Shown here piece after piece: positions 10,210-19,247 of a stretch of 64,000 bases of DNA. The translations under genes and the position numbers were made by a program. The notes below the pieces were generated by a model. It was given only the letters and a program-made list of their open reading frames with translations, was not told where the DNA came from and ran no database searches. Position 1 is the stretch's first letter; each line of letters opens with the position of its first letter. The DNA comes from an uncultured archaeon (GTDB taxonomy: Archaea; Asgardarchaeota; Lokiarchaeia; Sigyniarchaeales; SOKP01): contig CAZOYD010000011.1 of the NCBI GenBank assembly GCA_964583985.1, positions 13,333 to 77,332 on the forward strand, in the 5' to 3' direction.

Positions 10210-12018
10210 TTGATGGTCAGTACCATAATGAATGACGACATAATTGAATGGGACTTAAGCGATTTTTATGATGGACTCAATGATCCTAAGATTACGGGAG
10301 ATATTCAAGAGATCACTACCCTGGCTGATACTTTCAAAATGGAAGTTAAGGGAAATCTTCAAGATCCCATGCTTAAATCTGAAATTTTACTCGACTGGTA
10401 TAAAAAATATGAGAACATTTCTGAAAAGTTATTTTACTTACAGAGTTATTCTAATTTAATTTATTCAACCAATAATTTAAATGATGAAGTAAAAGCATTT
10501 TACTCAAAAGTAGAGGATTTTTCTGTAAAAATTCAAGAAAAATTAATTTTTTTCAATTTAGAGTTAAATGAGATTTCTGACGAGAAATTTAGAGAACTAA
10601 TAAATTCTCCCCAATTAGAAAAATACAAAAATGCTTTGAATAATAATCGTTTGAGAAAACCACATCAACTATCGGAAAAAGAAGAGCAAGTTATTTTAAT
10701 GAAAGATATAACAGGAACGAGTGGATTCTTAAAGCTTTATAATGAACTTAAAAGCAATTTTACTTACGATTTTGAAGTTGAGGGCGTGACAAAAACACTA
10801 ACAGAATCAGAATTATTCTCATACTTATACCAAGGAGACAACAATATTCGGAGGAGAGCTTTAGGAGCTATTGTTAAGAAATACAAGGAAAATGAAATGA
10901 TATTTACCCATATTTTTACGAATATATTAAAAGATTGGGACTTAGGATCAAAAAAAAAGAATTTTAAAAGTCCAATTTCAAGAAGGAATTTAGCGAATGA
11001 AGTTAGTGATGATATTGTTGAAGTTTTGGGGAAAGTAACGTCTGAGAGTTATAAAGTCGTAGAAAGATACTATAATCTTAAAAAAAGAATTTTACAGCTC
11101 CAAGAATTACACATGTCAGATTTATATTGTCCGGTTGGTGAGATATCGAAAAAATATACATATGAAGAAGCAATGGAACTAATCAAAAAAGTTGATGAAC
11201 ATTTTTGTCCTGAATTTAAAGAGATCATTCAAAAGACCCATGAGCTGCAGCATATTGATGTCACTCCAAGAAAAGGAAAAAATCGGGGAGCTTTTTGTGA
11301 ATTTGGAAAATTAAAAAAATATGCTTTTGTATTTGTCAATTTTACAAATACGGTTGATTCATTGCTTACTTTAGCACACGAATTAGGTCATGCAATTCAA
11401 GCATTCTACATTCAAAGAGACCAAAACTTCATCAACTTAGGTTTGTCACTTGCAATTGCAGAAATAGCTTCGGTTTTTAATGAAATTTTAATGTTCGATC
11501 ATTTAATGGAAATGGATCTGTCTAAAGATGAAAAAATCGCATTATTAGCGGTTTTTATGGAAAATAATTTCTCCACTTCATTCAGACAAAACGCATTTTA
11601 TAATTTTGAAACAAGAGTACATGAGTTGATAGAACAAAAATTACCTACGACTGAAGAGATAAAGAATATTTTTGCTGATGAGATGGAAGCGATGTTTGGG
11701 AATTCGATGACTGATCTCCGGGAAGAATACGCAAACTATTGTTTTGTGGTTCCCCATTTCCTCCACACTCCATTTTACGTTTATGCATATAACATGTCGA
11801 ATTTACTCGTGATTTCATTATATCAATTATATCTTGAGCAAAAAGAGAAATTCGTCCCAAAATACGTAAAATTACTATCATTCGGAAGCTCCATTACTCC
11901 TGAAGAAATGCTCCAAAACTTAGATATTGATCTGAAAGATCCTAATTTCTGGAAGAAAGGAATTGCATATTTGGAAGAAAAGCAATCGGAATTAGAAACT
12001 TTAGTCGAAAATAAATGA
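10210..12018 (+). CDS. pepF: Oligoendopeptidase F (M3B); true start probably ATG 10228
   Basis: WDLSDFY, RKGKNRGAFC, HELGH zinc motif, AEIAS, PHF..PFYVYAY. Confidence 0.9.
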   Translation: MMVSTIMNDDIIEWDLSDFYDGLNDPKITGDIQEITTLADTFKMEVKGNLQDPMLKSEILLDWYKKYENISEKLFYLQSYSNLIYSTNNLNDEVKAFYSKVEDFSVKIQEKLIFFNLELNEISDEKFRELINSPQLEKYKNALNNNRLRKPHQLSEKEEQVILMKDITGTSGFLKLYNELKSNFTYDFEVEGVTKTLTESELFSYLYQGDNNIRRRALGAIVKKYKENEMIFTHIFTNILKDWDLGSKKKNFKSPISRRNLANEVSDDIVEVLGKVTSESYKVVERYYNLKKRILQLQELHMSDLYCPVGEISKKYTYEEAMELIKKVDEHFCPEFKEIIQKTHELQHIDVTPRKGKNRGAFCEFGKLKKYAFVFVNFTNTVDSLLTLAHELGHAIQAFYIQRDQNFINLGLSLAIAEIASVFNEILMFDHLMEMDLSKDEKIALLAVFMENNFSTSFRQNAFYNFETRVHELIEQKLPTTEEIKNIFADEMEAMFGNSMTDLREEYANYCFVVPHFLHTPFYVYAYNMSNLLVISLYQLYLEQKEKFVPKYVKLLSFGSSITPEEMLQNLDIDLKDPNFWKKGIAYLEEKQSELETLVENK

Positions 12019-12111
12019 GATCTACTTTTTTAATAAATTTTTTTTATGGTATTCCATTTCTTTAACTTAAGTTTTCATTAAAATTCATAATTTTAAATTA
12101 AAGCAAAAAAC

Positions 12112-13602
12112 ATGACTGAAAATCAATCTGGTGAAAATAAAAAACAATATGATTATTCATTTGATTACATTCAAGGAAAGCTTGAAGGCAAGAAAGATTC
12201 ATTCGGAATGCTCATGAAAGAGATCGTTCGTGCGGGTATATGTACGGAATGCGGAACCTGCGCGGCGGTTTGTCCCGTGCTTGAATGGGATCCACTAATC
12301 GGGCAACCCAAATTGATTGGAAAATGTACAGGATGTGGGATTTGTTACAACCAATGTCCCAGAACCATAACAGATCCGATTCAACTCATGGGTGAATTTA
12401 AAACCGGTTATGTCGGAAATACAAATATTCCTGAAGTTATTGGGGGTCAAGATGGCGGAAGCATTACATCACTCTTGTGTTACTTATTTGATGAACATTT
12501 AATCGATGCTGCCGTGGTTACCATGAAGGATCCTAAGAATCCTTGGCATCCAATTGCTCAAATCATTACAACTAAAGAAGATGCAATAAAAGCTTCGGGT
12601 TCCATTTATTCTCATTCCCAAACCGTAGAAGCTTTAATGGATGCTATTAGACAAGATTATAGGTCCATAGCTTTTGTGGGTACTCCTTGTAACATCGATG
12701 CTGTTGATAAAATGATGAGCAGCCCAGCAGGTATGTTAAAATACTTCATGAGAGCTCATGTACTAAAGATTGGTCTCTTTTGCATGGATTCCTTCGCACC
12801 AGAAGCAATTTATTCCTTCTTTACCAAAGAAGGTATCGATTTAACCAAAGTAGAAAAGATGGATATCAGTAAAGGCAAGTTTCATATATATGAAAAAAAT
12901 AAAGATGAGCCCGTGAAATCATATACCATTAAGGAGCTTGATAAGTTCAAATCATCAAGCTGTAATTTTTGCACTGATTTAACTGCTGAGAATGCAGATA
13001 TTTCCGTTGGGTCCGTTGGAAGTGGTCCAAAGAAGAATACCATATTTGCTCGATCGGGAATTGGAACCGAAATTATCGAGGATGCTGCTAAAAAGGGATA
13101 TCTAACCATAGAACCCTTTAATGCCATAAACTTAAATGCGGTTCTATTCTTAGCAAAACTAAAGAAAGTTTCTCAGTACAATATCCAAAAAAGGAAAGTT
13201 TTTATCGTTAGAGATTCTGAAGAAGAACCTCGAATCAAAACTGAACCCGAGTCAGATCAAACACCAGCATCTCCAACTCTTGGAACTCGAAAAGTCTTGA
13301 GTGTATCAAAGACTTTAAATGAAGGTGAGAAAGTACTCAATATTTCTCTAACTAATAGCTTGGGTCAAGTTTTAGAAGATATAAAAATAAGGATCGTCAG
13401 TATTGAAGAATTATTTGAAAAAAGACCTTGGATTACCACGATAAAAGAATTATTTCCATATGAAACGATCGAAATTGGATATCCTCTGGAAGTTGAAGAA
13501 GGGGAAATCAAATATGAAAATGTCTTAGTTGAAGCATCTACCGATGAGTTTGGTAAGATTTTTTCGAAAACTTTTAAATTAGAACCACCAGAAAAAAAAT
13601 AA
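12112..13602 (+). CDS. FrhB/FdhB-family F420-binding subunit with N-terminal 2x[4Fe-4S] and an extra ~130-aa C-terminal region
   Basis: CTECGTCAAVCP/CTGCGICYNQCP, QDGG, VGTPC, IGLFC, CNFCTDLTAENADISVGSVGS; beta-rich tail beyond the FrhB core. Confidence 0.85.
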   Translation: MTENQSGENKKQYDYSFDYIQGKLEGKKDSFGMLMKEIVRAGICTECGTCAAVCPVLEWDPLIGQPKLIGKCTGCGICYNQCPRTITDPIQLMGEFKTGYVGNTNIPEVIGGQDGGSITSLLCYLFDEHLIDAAVVTMKDPKNPWHPIAQIITTKEDAIKASGSIYSHSQTVEALMDAIRQDYRSIAFVGTPCNIDAVDKMMSSPAGMLKYFMRAHVLKIGLFCMDSFAPEAIYSFFTKEGIDLTKVEKMDISKGKFHIYEKNKDEPVKSYTIKELDKFKSSSCNFCTDLTAENADISVGSVGSGPKKNTIFARSGIGTEIIEDAAKKGYLTIEPFNAINLNAVLFLAKLKKVSQYNIQKRKVFIVRDSEEEPRIKTEPESDQTPASPTLGTRKVLSVSKTLNEGEKVLNISLTNSLGQVLEDIKIRIVSIEELFEKRPWITTIKELFPYETIEIGYPLEVEEGEIKYENVLVEASTDEFGKIFSKTFKLEPPEKK

Positions 13603-13679
13603 TTAAAATAAATTTTATTAAAAAATTAAATGGAATAAATTATTATAAAAAGCAATAATAACAAAATAGGTGAATTAAC

Positions 13680-14588
13680 GTTAAAATATCATTAATTGGG
13701 TTAGGAGGATGCGGAAAAACCTCACTCTATTCCGTGGCTTTTGCTGAGAAAAGCCCTGAAGATACAAAGGGCTTAAGCCCTACGATCCTTTATGAAACTC
13801 GAAGACATCCCTTTTTAGGATTACAAGTAGGCATCTTTGACTTCGGTGGGCAAGAAGAATATAGGAGAGAATACATGGATAAACCGGAAATCTTTCGCGG
13901 TACAGATATCCTTATACCCATTGTGGATCTTCACGATCCAAAGAATTTTGAACAAGCTAAGGAATACATTAAAGGGATATTAGATATTTATCGAAAGAAT
14001 AACGAAAAACCAAAAATTTTCTTGTTCTTGCACAAGTATGACACGGAGAAATATCAAAAAGAATTGCTTGATACTAATGTAAAGAAGGCAAAAGATATCT
14101 TTTTAGACATGTTTAAGGAATATGATTTCAATTACATGCTTACAAGTATTTACCTACAAGACGAGCTAGCTAAAATATTTCGAGACATTCTGATATCCTC
14201 TTATTCCAATTTGAAGGCACACGTGGAAAAAGCTGAAGCACAATTAGAAGAAATAAAAGCAAAAATCATCATTTCAGATGTTTCAGGAAATGTAATTGTT
14301 CACAATGTTCAAGGTGTTAGTAGTGGATTGACATTAAGGGGAGATTTAAGAGATTTCATCAATGCATGCAATACTGTAAGAGAAAATATATTCATGTCCG
14401 ATTCTGCAAATTTTAAAGGACGCAACGAAGAAGGTAAAGAAATTGAATTGCACATTTTCAAGTACATCATCACAGTTTTAGTGATGAAATCTGGAGAAAT
14501 CGACGGAGAATCTCAGAATAAACTCAACACGTTATTAAAAGACATGAATCTATTTGCAGATCTAATTATAAGTGCTCATACGGATTAA
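13680..14588 (+). CDS. Rag/Gtr- or Arf-like small GTPase with C-terminal roadblock-like domain; non-canonical start (GTT 13680 or ATT 13674)
   Basis: The frame upstream of ORF 13734 reads (INV)KISLIGLGGCGKTS (P-loop) after an in-frame TGA. G3 DFGGQ, G4 HKYD, C-terminal IISDVSGNVI. GGTGA lies 6 nt before GTT. Confidence 0.82.
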   Translation, partial: VKISLIGLGGCGKTSLYSVAFAEKSPEDTKGLSPTILYETRRHPFLGLQVGIFDFGGQEEYRREYMDKPEIFRGTDILIPIVDLHDPKNFEQAKEYIKGILDIYRKNNEKPKIFLFLHKYDTEKYQKELLDTNVKKAKDIFLDMFKEYDFNYMLTSIYLQDELAKIFRDILISSYSNLKAHVEKAEAQLEEIKAKIIISDVSGNVIVHNVQGVSSGLTLRGDLRDFINACNTVRENIFMSDSANFKGRNEEGKEIELHIFKYIITVLVMKSGEIDGESQNKLNTLLKDMNLFADLIISAHTD

Positions 14589-14805
14589 AAAATTCTTTTT
14601 CATTTCTTTTTATTTTGAATCTCTAAATTCGATGCTATGAGCCATTTTTTGTTGTTTGTGTTTTTTTAAAACACAATTTAAAATGGTTTCATTTGAATAT
14701 TCATTCTTCTATGTTTCTCAAATTGAAAATTGGACTATAGAAAAAATATAAAGTGTCTTATTTATTTTATTTCATAATCTGCATTCATGTAAGATATATA
14801 AGAAA

Positions 14806-15642
14806 ATGGTGAAATCTTTGCCTGATAATGATTTTTATAGATTATGGAACGAATTTGGAAGGAACATGAATCTTGTAGCCATTTTAACACTTTTGACCAT
14901 TGTCACGGGCATTACTGGTTTTGTAGCAATTATTTTTGTCTTCATATCACTTGGAAATATTAGATTAATTAATAATAATTTGAAAAGTTTGTACCTTTAT
15001 GATTTTCGATCAAAAATGATTTCCTCTTTTATTTATAAGTTAATTTCTGTTTGTCTTTTAGCAGGAGGTATCGTTGGAATTGTATTTTCCTCATATTTTT
15101 GGGTTCATAACGAAAATCCTAATTACGCTGCATTGAGTGTAAATATTATTCTTAGTTGTTCTCCTGCTCTGATCGGGCTAATTCTTTTTATAATAGGTTT
15201 TTCAATTGAAATGAAATCGTGGGAAAATTTAAAATTGTACATTGTAGAAAACAAATCAATGTTTCCAGAATATATTGCACGTGAAACTATTGATGGAGCA
15301 GAAAAATTAAGAACATCAGCATTAATGTATGCACTTGGATTCTTAATAATCCCGATATTCATTGGATTCATCTTGCAAATTATAGGATTCTTTAAGTTAG
15401 CAAAATTTAATACCATGATTGGTTCAGAATATTTAGAAGTAAATATGGCCCCTCGATCACCAGTCCCCCCTCAGCCACCAGTTCCTCCTCAACCACCGAG
15501 TCTGCTACAAGTATCTTCAGTGAATACCATTTCAAATGTAAATCGAGTGGTTGGCATACGCCCTAAATTCTGTCCTAATTGTGGCGCTGAAATTTTGGAA
15601 GAAGGCAGTTTTTGTCCTGATTGTGGTTCTTCATTCTCCTAA
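14806..15642 (+). CDS. Membrane protein with Pro-rich linker and C-terminal zinc ribbon
   Basis: About 4 TM segments, PVPPQP x2, CPNCG...FCPDCG. Confidence 0.75.
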   Translation: MVKSLPDNDFYRLWNEFGRNMNLVAILTLLTIVTGITGFVAIIFVFISLGNIRLINNNLKSLYLYDFRSKMISSFIYKLISVCLLAGGIVGIVFSSYFWVHNENPNYAALSVNIILSCSPALIGLILFIIGFSIEMKSWENLKLYIVENKSMFPEYIARETIDGAEKLRTSALMYALGFLIIPIFIGFILQIIGFFKLAKFNTMIGSEYLEVNMAPRSPVPPQPPVPPQPPSLLQVSSVNTISNVNRVVGIRPKFCPNCGAEILEEGSFCPDCGSSFS

Positions 15643-15791
15643 CCTGAGATTACATTTATAACATTTTTTTAGTCTCATTTTGAAAAATCATATTTTAATG
15701 CATTTTATGAGTTCAATTATGATGAGTAAATTATAAACAAGAAGATTAGTAATTGATTTATGTGATAAAAATTTCAAAATTATGACCGATA

Positions 15792-16352
15792 ATGGAATGG
15801 TTTAAATCGCTTCTAACTAAAAGATTGGCTGAAACTCTAGATGATTTGAAAGATGATTCTAATTATTATCAAATGAAGCTTCCCGTGAAAAAGGTAACGA
15901 GAGAATTTGAAAATAATTTAAGAAACATGGTAAGTCACGGTGTTTTACAAGCTAATATACGAATAGCTAATTTGGATGATATTGAAAGTTTTATGAAATT
16001 ACATGAGGAAGCGTGGAAATCAACAAAAATGCAATACAAACCATTCTCAAGAGAATTATTAACTGAATTAATTAATGACCAACATATTGTTTTTTTAATC
16101 GCTAAAGTGAATAACACAGATCGTGGATTTGCTATCATGTATTTCACTGGTGAGAATAAAGATATTGGAGTTATTACAGCTTTGGGGGTAGTTCCCAATT
16201 TCCAAGGAAAAGGTTTAGGTACGATGCTTGTTATTCAGATTTGGGAATACTTTAAAAAAAATGGTGCTGAAGAATTGCGATGTAGAGTGGAGAAGGATAA
16301 CATAAAAGCGTACAATTTTATCAAAAGCCTTGGATTTGAGGAGGTTAATTAA
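15792..16352 (+). CDS. GNAT acetyltransferase (tandem paralog 1)
   Basis: LGVVPNFQGKGLG motif A; N..AYNF..LGF. Confidence 0.85.
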   Translation: MEWFKSLLTKRLAETLDDLKDDSNYYQMKLPVKKVTREFENNLRNMVSHGVLQANIRIANLDDIESFMKLHEEAWKSTKMQYKPFSRELLTELINDQHIVFLIAKVNNTDRGFAIMYFTGENKDIGVITALGVVPNFQGKGLGTMLVIQIWEYFKKNGAEELRCRVEKDNIKAYNFIKSLGFEEVN

Positions 16353-16353
16353 A

Positions 16354-16938
16354 TTGGGCCGTTTTAAATCATTTTTTATCAAAGTATATACGGATATCAA
16401 AAATCCATCACACAAAGAGCTTGATTTCATTCAAATGAGATTACCAGTTTCTAATATTTCAGAGGATTTTGAAAACAAACTAAAGGAGAAAATTGAAGGA
16501 TCTCTTATTAATGCAGAAATACGTGAGGCAACGAGGGATGATATCGACCATTTAATCGAACTTCATGATCGTGCTTGGCATTCCACTCCCATGCCTTATA
16601 GACCACTCACCAAGGAAAAGATAATTACCATGCTAGATGATGAGAATAATATATTCCTTATTGCTAAAATAGATGGTGAAGATAAGGGTTTTGCTTTGAT
16701 TTATTTTACTTCTAATAATCTGGTGGGCGTTATTGCTGGATTAGGAATAGTTCCAGAATTACAGCGAAAAGGATTGGGAACTATTTTAGGCATGGCAAGC
16801 TGGAATTTATTTAAGAAAAAAGGAGTAAAAGAGCTTCGTTGTAAGGTATATAGAGACAATAAAGCGTCTTATAACTTTATCCGCGGTCTTGGTTTTGAGG
16901 AGTATGATGAGAATTTTGTAACATGGAAATTATTGTAA
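16354..16938 (+). CDS. GNAT acetyltransferase (tandem paralog 2); start moved to TTG 16354
   Basis: LGIVPELQRKGLG; GAGGAGGT SD upstream of the TTG; colinear with paralog 1. Confidence 0.85.
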   Translation: MGRFKSFFIKVYTDIKNPSHKELDFIQMRLPVSNISEDFENKLKEKIEGSLINAEIREATRDDIDHLIELHDRAWHSTPMPYRPLTKEKIITMLDDENNIFLIAKIDGEDKGFALIYFTSNNLVGVIAGLGIVPELQRKGLGTILGMASWNLFKKKGVKELRCKVYRDNKASYNFIRGLGFEEYDENFVTWKLL

Positions 16939-17100
16939 TTCCAGGATCACAAAAATCAAAATAACAGCATCTTAATTTTAGTTATTTAAAGTTTTATATT
17001 CTCGCACTTTTTACTGTACATGTCCATGAATTTTGTCGATTTGAAAAACTTTATAATCAATTAATGACGCTATTAACTCAGTTTAGATTACTTCCTTATT

Positions 17101-17256
17101 ATGGTTAGTCTAATGGATGATCAAGATTCCGAAAAAAAATCAGAAATATGGCTTAAATATTGCGAAGATTGCATAAATTCTAAAATTAGAAGCGAAGATC
17201 GATCTCAATGCGATGCCTTTTGTACACACAATAAAGAAGATCCTCTCAAATCTTAA
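17101..17256 (+). CDS. Small Cys-rich protein (47-51 aa), possible metal-binding microprotein
   Basis: (MVSL)MDDQDSEKKSEIWLKYCEDCINSKIRSEDRSQCDAFCTHNKEDPLKS*; BRE/TATA-like GAAAAACTTTATAA at 17043-17056; T-tract after the stop. Confidence 0.55.
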   Translation: MVSLMDDQDSEKKSEIWLKYCEDCINSKIRSEDRSQCDAFCTHNKEDPLKS

Positions 17257-17291
17257 ATCTTTATATTTTTTTGATTTTTTTCGATAGTGAA

Positions 17292-17449
17292 TTTTACTTC
17301 CAATCACCTCCCTCTCATTAAAGAAAACTTAACTTTTCTAAATGATTGCTCGTTACTACCAGTTTGCACTCCTTCTTTACTTTTAATCACCTCTCTTTCA
17401 TAAATAGATAAGGTCCTATTATTTTTACTTTTAGTTACCCCTCCTATAT
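17292..17449. repeat. Three degenerate 27-nt direct repeats with an ATCACCTC (anti-SD-like) core
   Basis: 17292-17318 ttttacttccaatcacctccctctcat; 17375-17401 ctttacttttaatcacctctctttcat; 17423-17449 ttttacttttagttacccctcctatat (copies 1 and 3 are 22/27 and 20/27 identical to copy 2). Confidence 0.65.
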
Positions 17450-17861
17450 GAAGTAATTATTAATTTTACAATTATGGAGGAAATTTGGATTAGGATAAGT
17501 CTATTTGCAATTCCCGAATATAAAAAAACCAAAAATGTGTATTAAAATTCCCTTTAAATGGTTTAACGAATCATAGATTGACCAAAAAATCCACTCATTC
17601 AATAAGATAAGATCAATGATTGTTCGTATATATCTCTATTTTCGCAATTTACAATAAGTTTATAAATCAGAAGTGCTATTTATGTTTAATATCTTAATTA
17701 TCTAAAACTATTTTCTTATTAAGATCTAATACTATATGATAATCTATTCAGAGGAAATTTGCATAAATAATAATAAGTGTAAATGAATATTGAGAAAATA
17801 TCTTTAATTATAATTAAATATATGAAAATCCAATCCATCGCTTAAGATTAAGTACAAAATC

Positions 17862-19247
17862 ATGAAAAAGATAGAATTAGTGTTTAGGACTATAGGTGAA
17901 AGAACTTCTGATATTGCTCTTGAATTAGCTCAAAATAACATTCAACCATGGAAGACACACGTGATAAGAGATATCAAACCCTTTACAAAAGCCATGGAAG
18001 AAATAATGAAGATTGAATATGACCCTGAGACCGAATTTGTTGTTTTTGTGGATGCCGATTGCTTGATTTTTGAAGATTTAAGACCTTTTCTTGAAGAAAA
18101 TGACTTAGCATATATTGACTGTTATGTCCTTGACAAATTCAGGGGTTATGTCCACATGGGAGTGCATATTACAAGACGTGATGTGGTAGAAGAGATGAAA
18201 AAAGTCTCGCTATCAGATGAAAACTTATTATATGTTTTAAAACCGGAAACGGCTATTAGAAATGCTGCATTTAGCAATCTAAAATTGAAGAAGAAATATA
18301 AGCGATTTAAAATATTGCACGATTTTCACCAAAATTATGAACATATTTTCATTAAGTGTGCGATTAGAGAGTTAAGAAGTAGAGAAGATTATCCTAAAGC
18401 CAAACTCCAATCTGCTATTGATAATTGGAAATATAAAGATAAAGATTTTGTTGTTGCTATTGAAGCAATAAATTATGCAAGGAAAATGATACCCTCTGGA
18501 GAATCTTCTGTTGATATTGCAAAATTTATTGAAAATTTACCAAATGTCGCTCAATTTATGATCCAAGATCTAGGAATTGAAGAAAAACAGCCTTTGAAAA
18601 TGGAAATAGTACAAGAACTCAAAGCTGCTGCAAATATCATGGGTGTATTTGGTGATGAATCGAAAAAGGTTTTTTGTCTGGGTTTAAGCAGAACAAGCAC
18701 GAAGAGTTTGACAAAAGCACTAAATATTCTCGGTATTAACGTAATCCATTATCCCGTGGATAAAATAACTCATTTTGAATTGATTCATGGTAATTATAAC
18801 TTTACAATCCTGCAAGATTATGATGGAATCTCAGACATCACTGTAGCTCCATATTATCGAGAATTAGATCAATTGTTTTATAATAGCAAATTCATTCTAA
18901 CAATCCGAGAAAAGGAAAAATGGTTGGAATCGCTTAAACGCCATTGGGAAGATAGACCTCCATACGATGATCCTGAACAATCAGAAACACATTTAAAAAT
19001 CCGTCGATTTCTCAGGGCAAGCGTGTATGGTGTGTTAACTTTCAACAAGCAGAGATTATCCAACGTGTATGATCTTCATCATAAAAACATAATGGAATAT
19101 TTTAAAGATCGACCAGATGATTTATTAGTGATAGATATTACGAAAGGTGAAGGTTGGGAAAAATTATGCCCTTTTTTTGATAAACCCAAGATAATTTCAG
19201 CATTTCCTCATGTAACTGATGAGGAAGAACTCACAGAGCTTTTATAA
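17862..19247 (+). CDS. GT-A-like glycosyltransferase domain fused to a P-loop sulfotransferase-family domain
   Basis: N-terminal VVFVDADC (DxD); C-terminal KVFCLGLSRTSTKSL, KFILTIR..W..S, GWEKLCPFF..FPH. Confidence 0.7.
   Translation: MKKIELVFRTIGERTSDIALELAQNNIQPWKTHVIRDIKPFTKAMEEIMKIEYDPETEFVVFVDADCLIFEDLRPFLEENDLAYIDCYVLDKFRGYVHMGVHITRRDVVEEMKKVSLSDENLLYVLKPETAIRNAAFSNLKLKKKYKRFKILHDFHQNYEHIFIKCAIRELRSREDYPKAKLQSAIDNWKYKDKDFVVAIEAINYARKMIPSGESSVDIAKFIENLPNVAQFMIQDLGIEEKQPLKMEIVQELKAAANIMGVFGDESKKVFCLGLSRTSTKSLTKALNILGINVIHYPVDKITHFELIHGNYNFTILQDYDGISDITVAPYYRELDQLFYNSKFILTIREKEKWLESLKRHWEDRPPYDDPEQSETHLKIRRFLRASVYGVLTFNKQRLSNVYDLHHKNIMEYFKDRPDDLLVIDITKGEGWEKLCPFFDKPKIISAFPHVTDEEELTELL

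Noticed and set aside
1-13602. Methanogenesis inferred from hdrA, mvhD and the frhB-like gene
   Set aside because: No mcr or mtr genes in the window; these modules are widespread in non-methanogenic anaerobes.
13671-13673. TGA upstream of the Rag-like GTPase as a Sec codon
   Set aside because: Another in-frame stop (TAA) lies a few codons upstream with no start between; the TGA is part of the GGTGA SD.
17292-17449. CRISPR array
   Set aside because: Only three degenerate copies, unequal spacers (56 and 21 nt), no cas genes.
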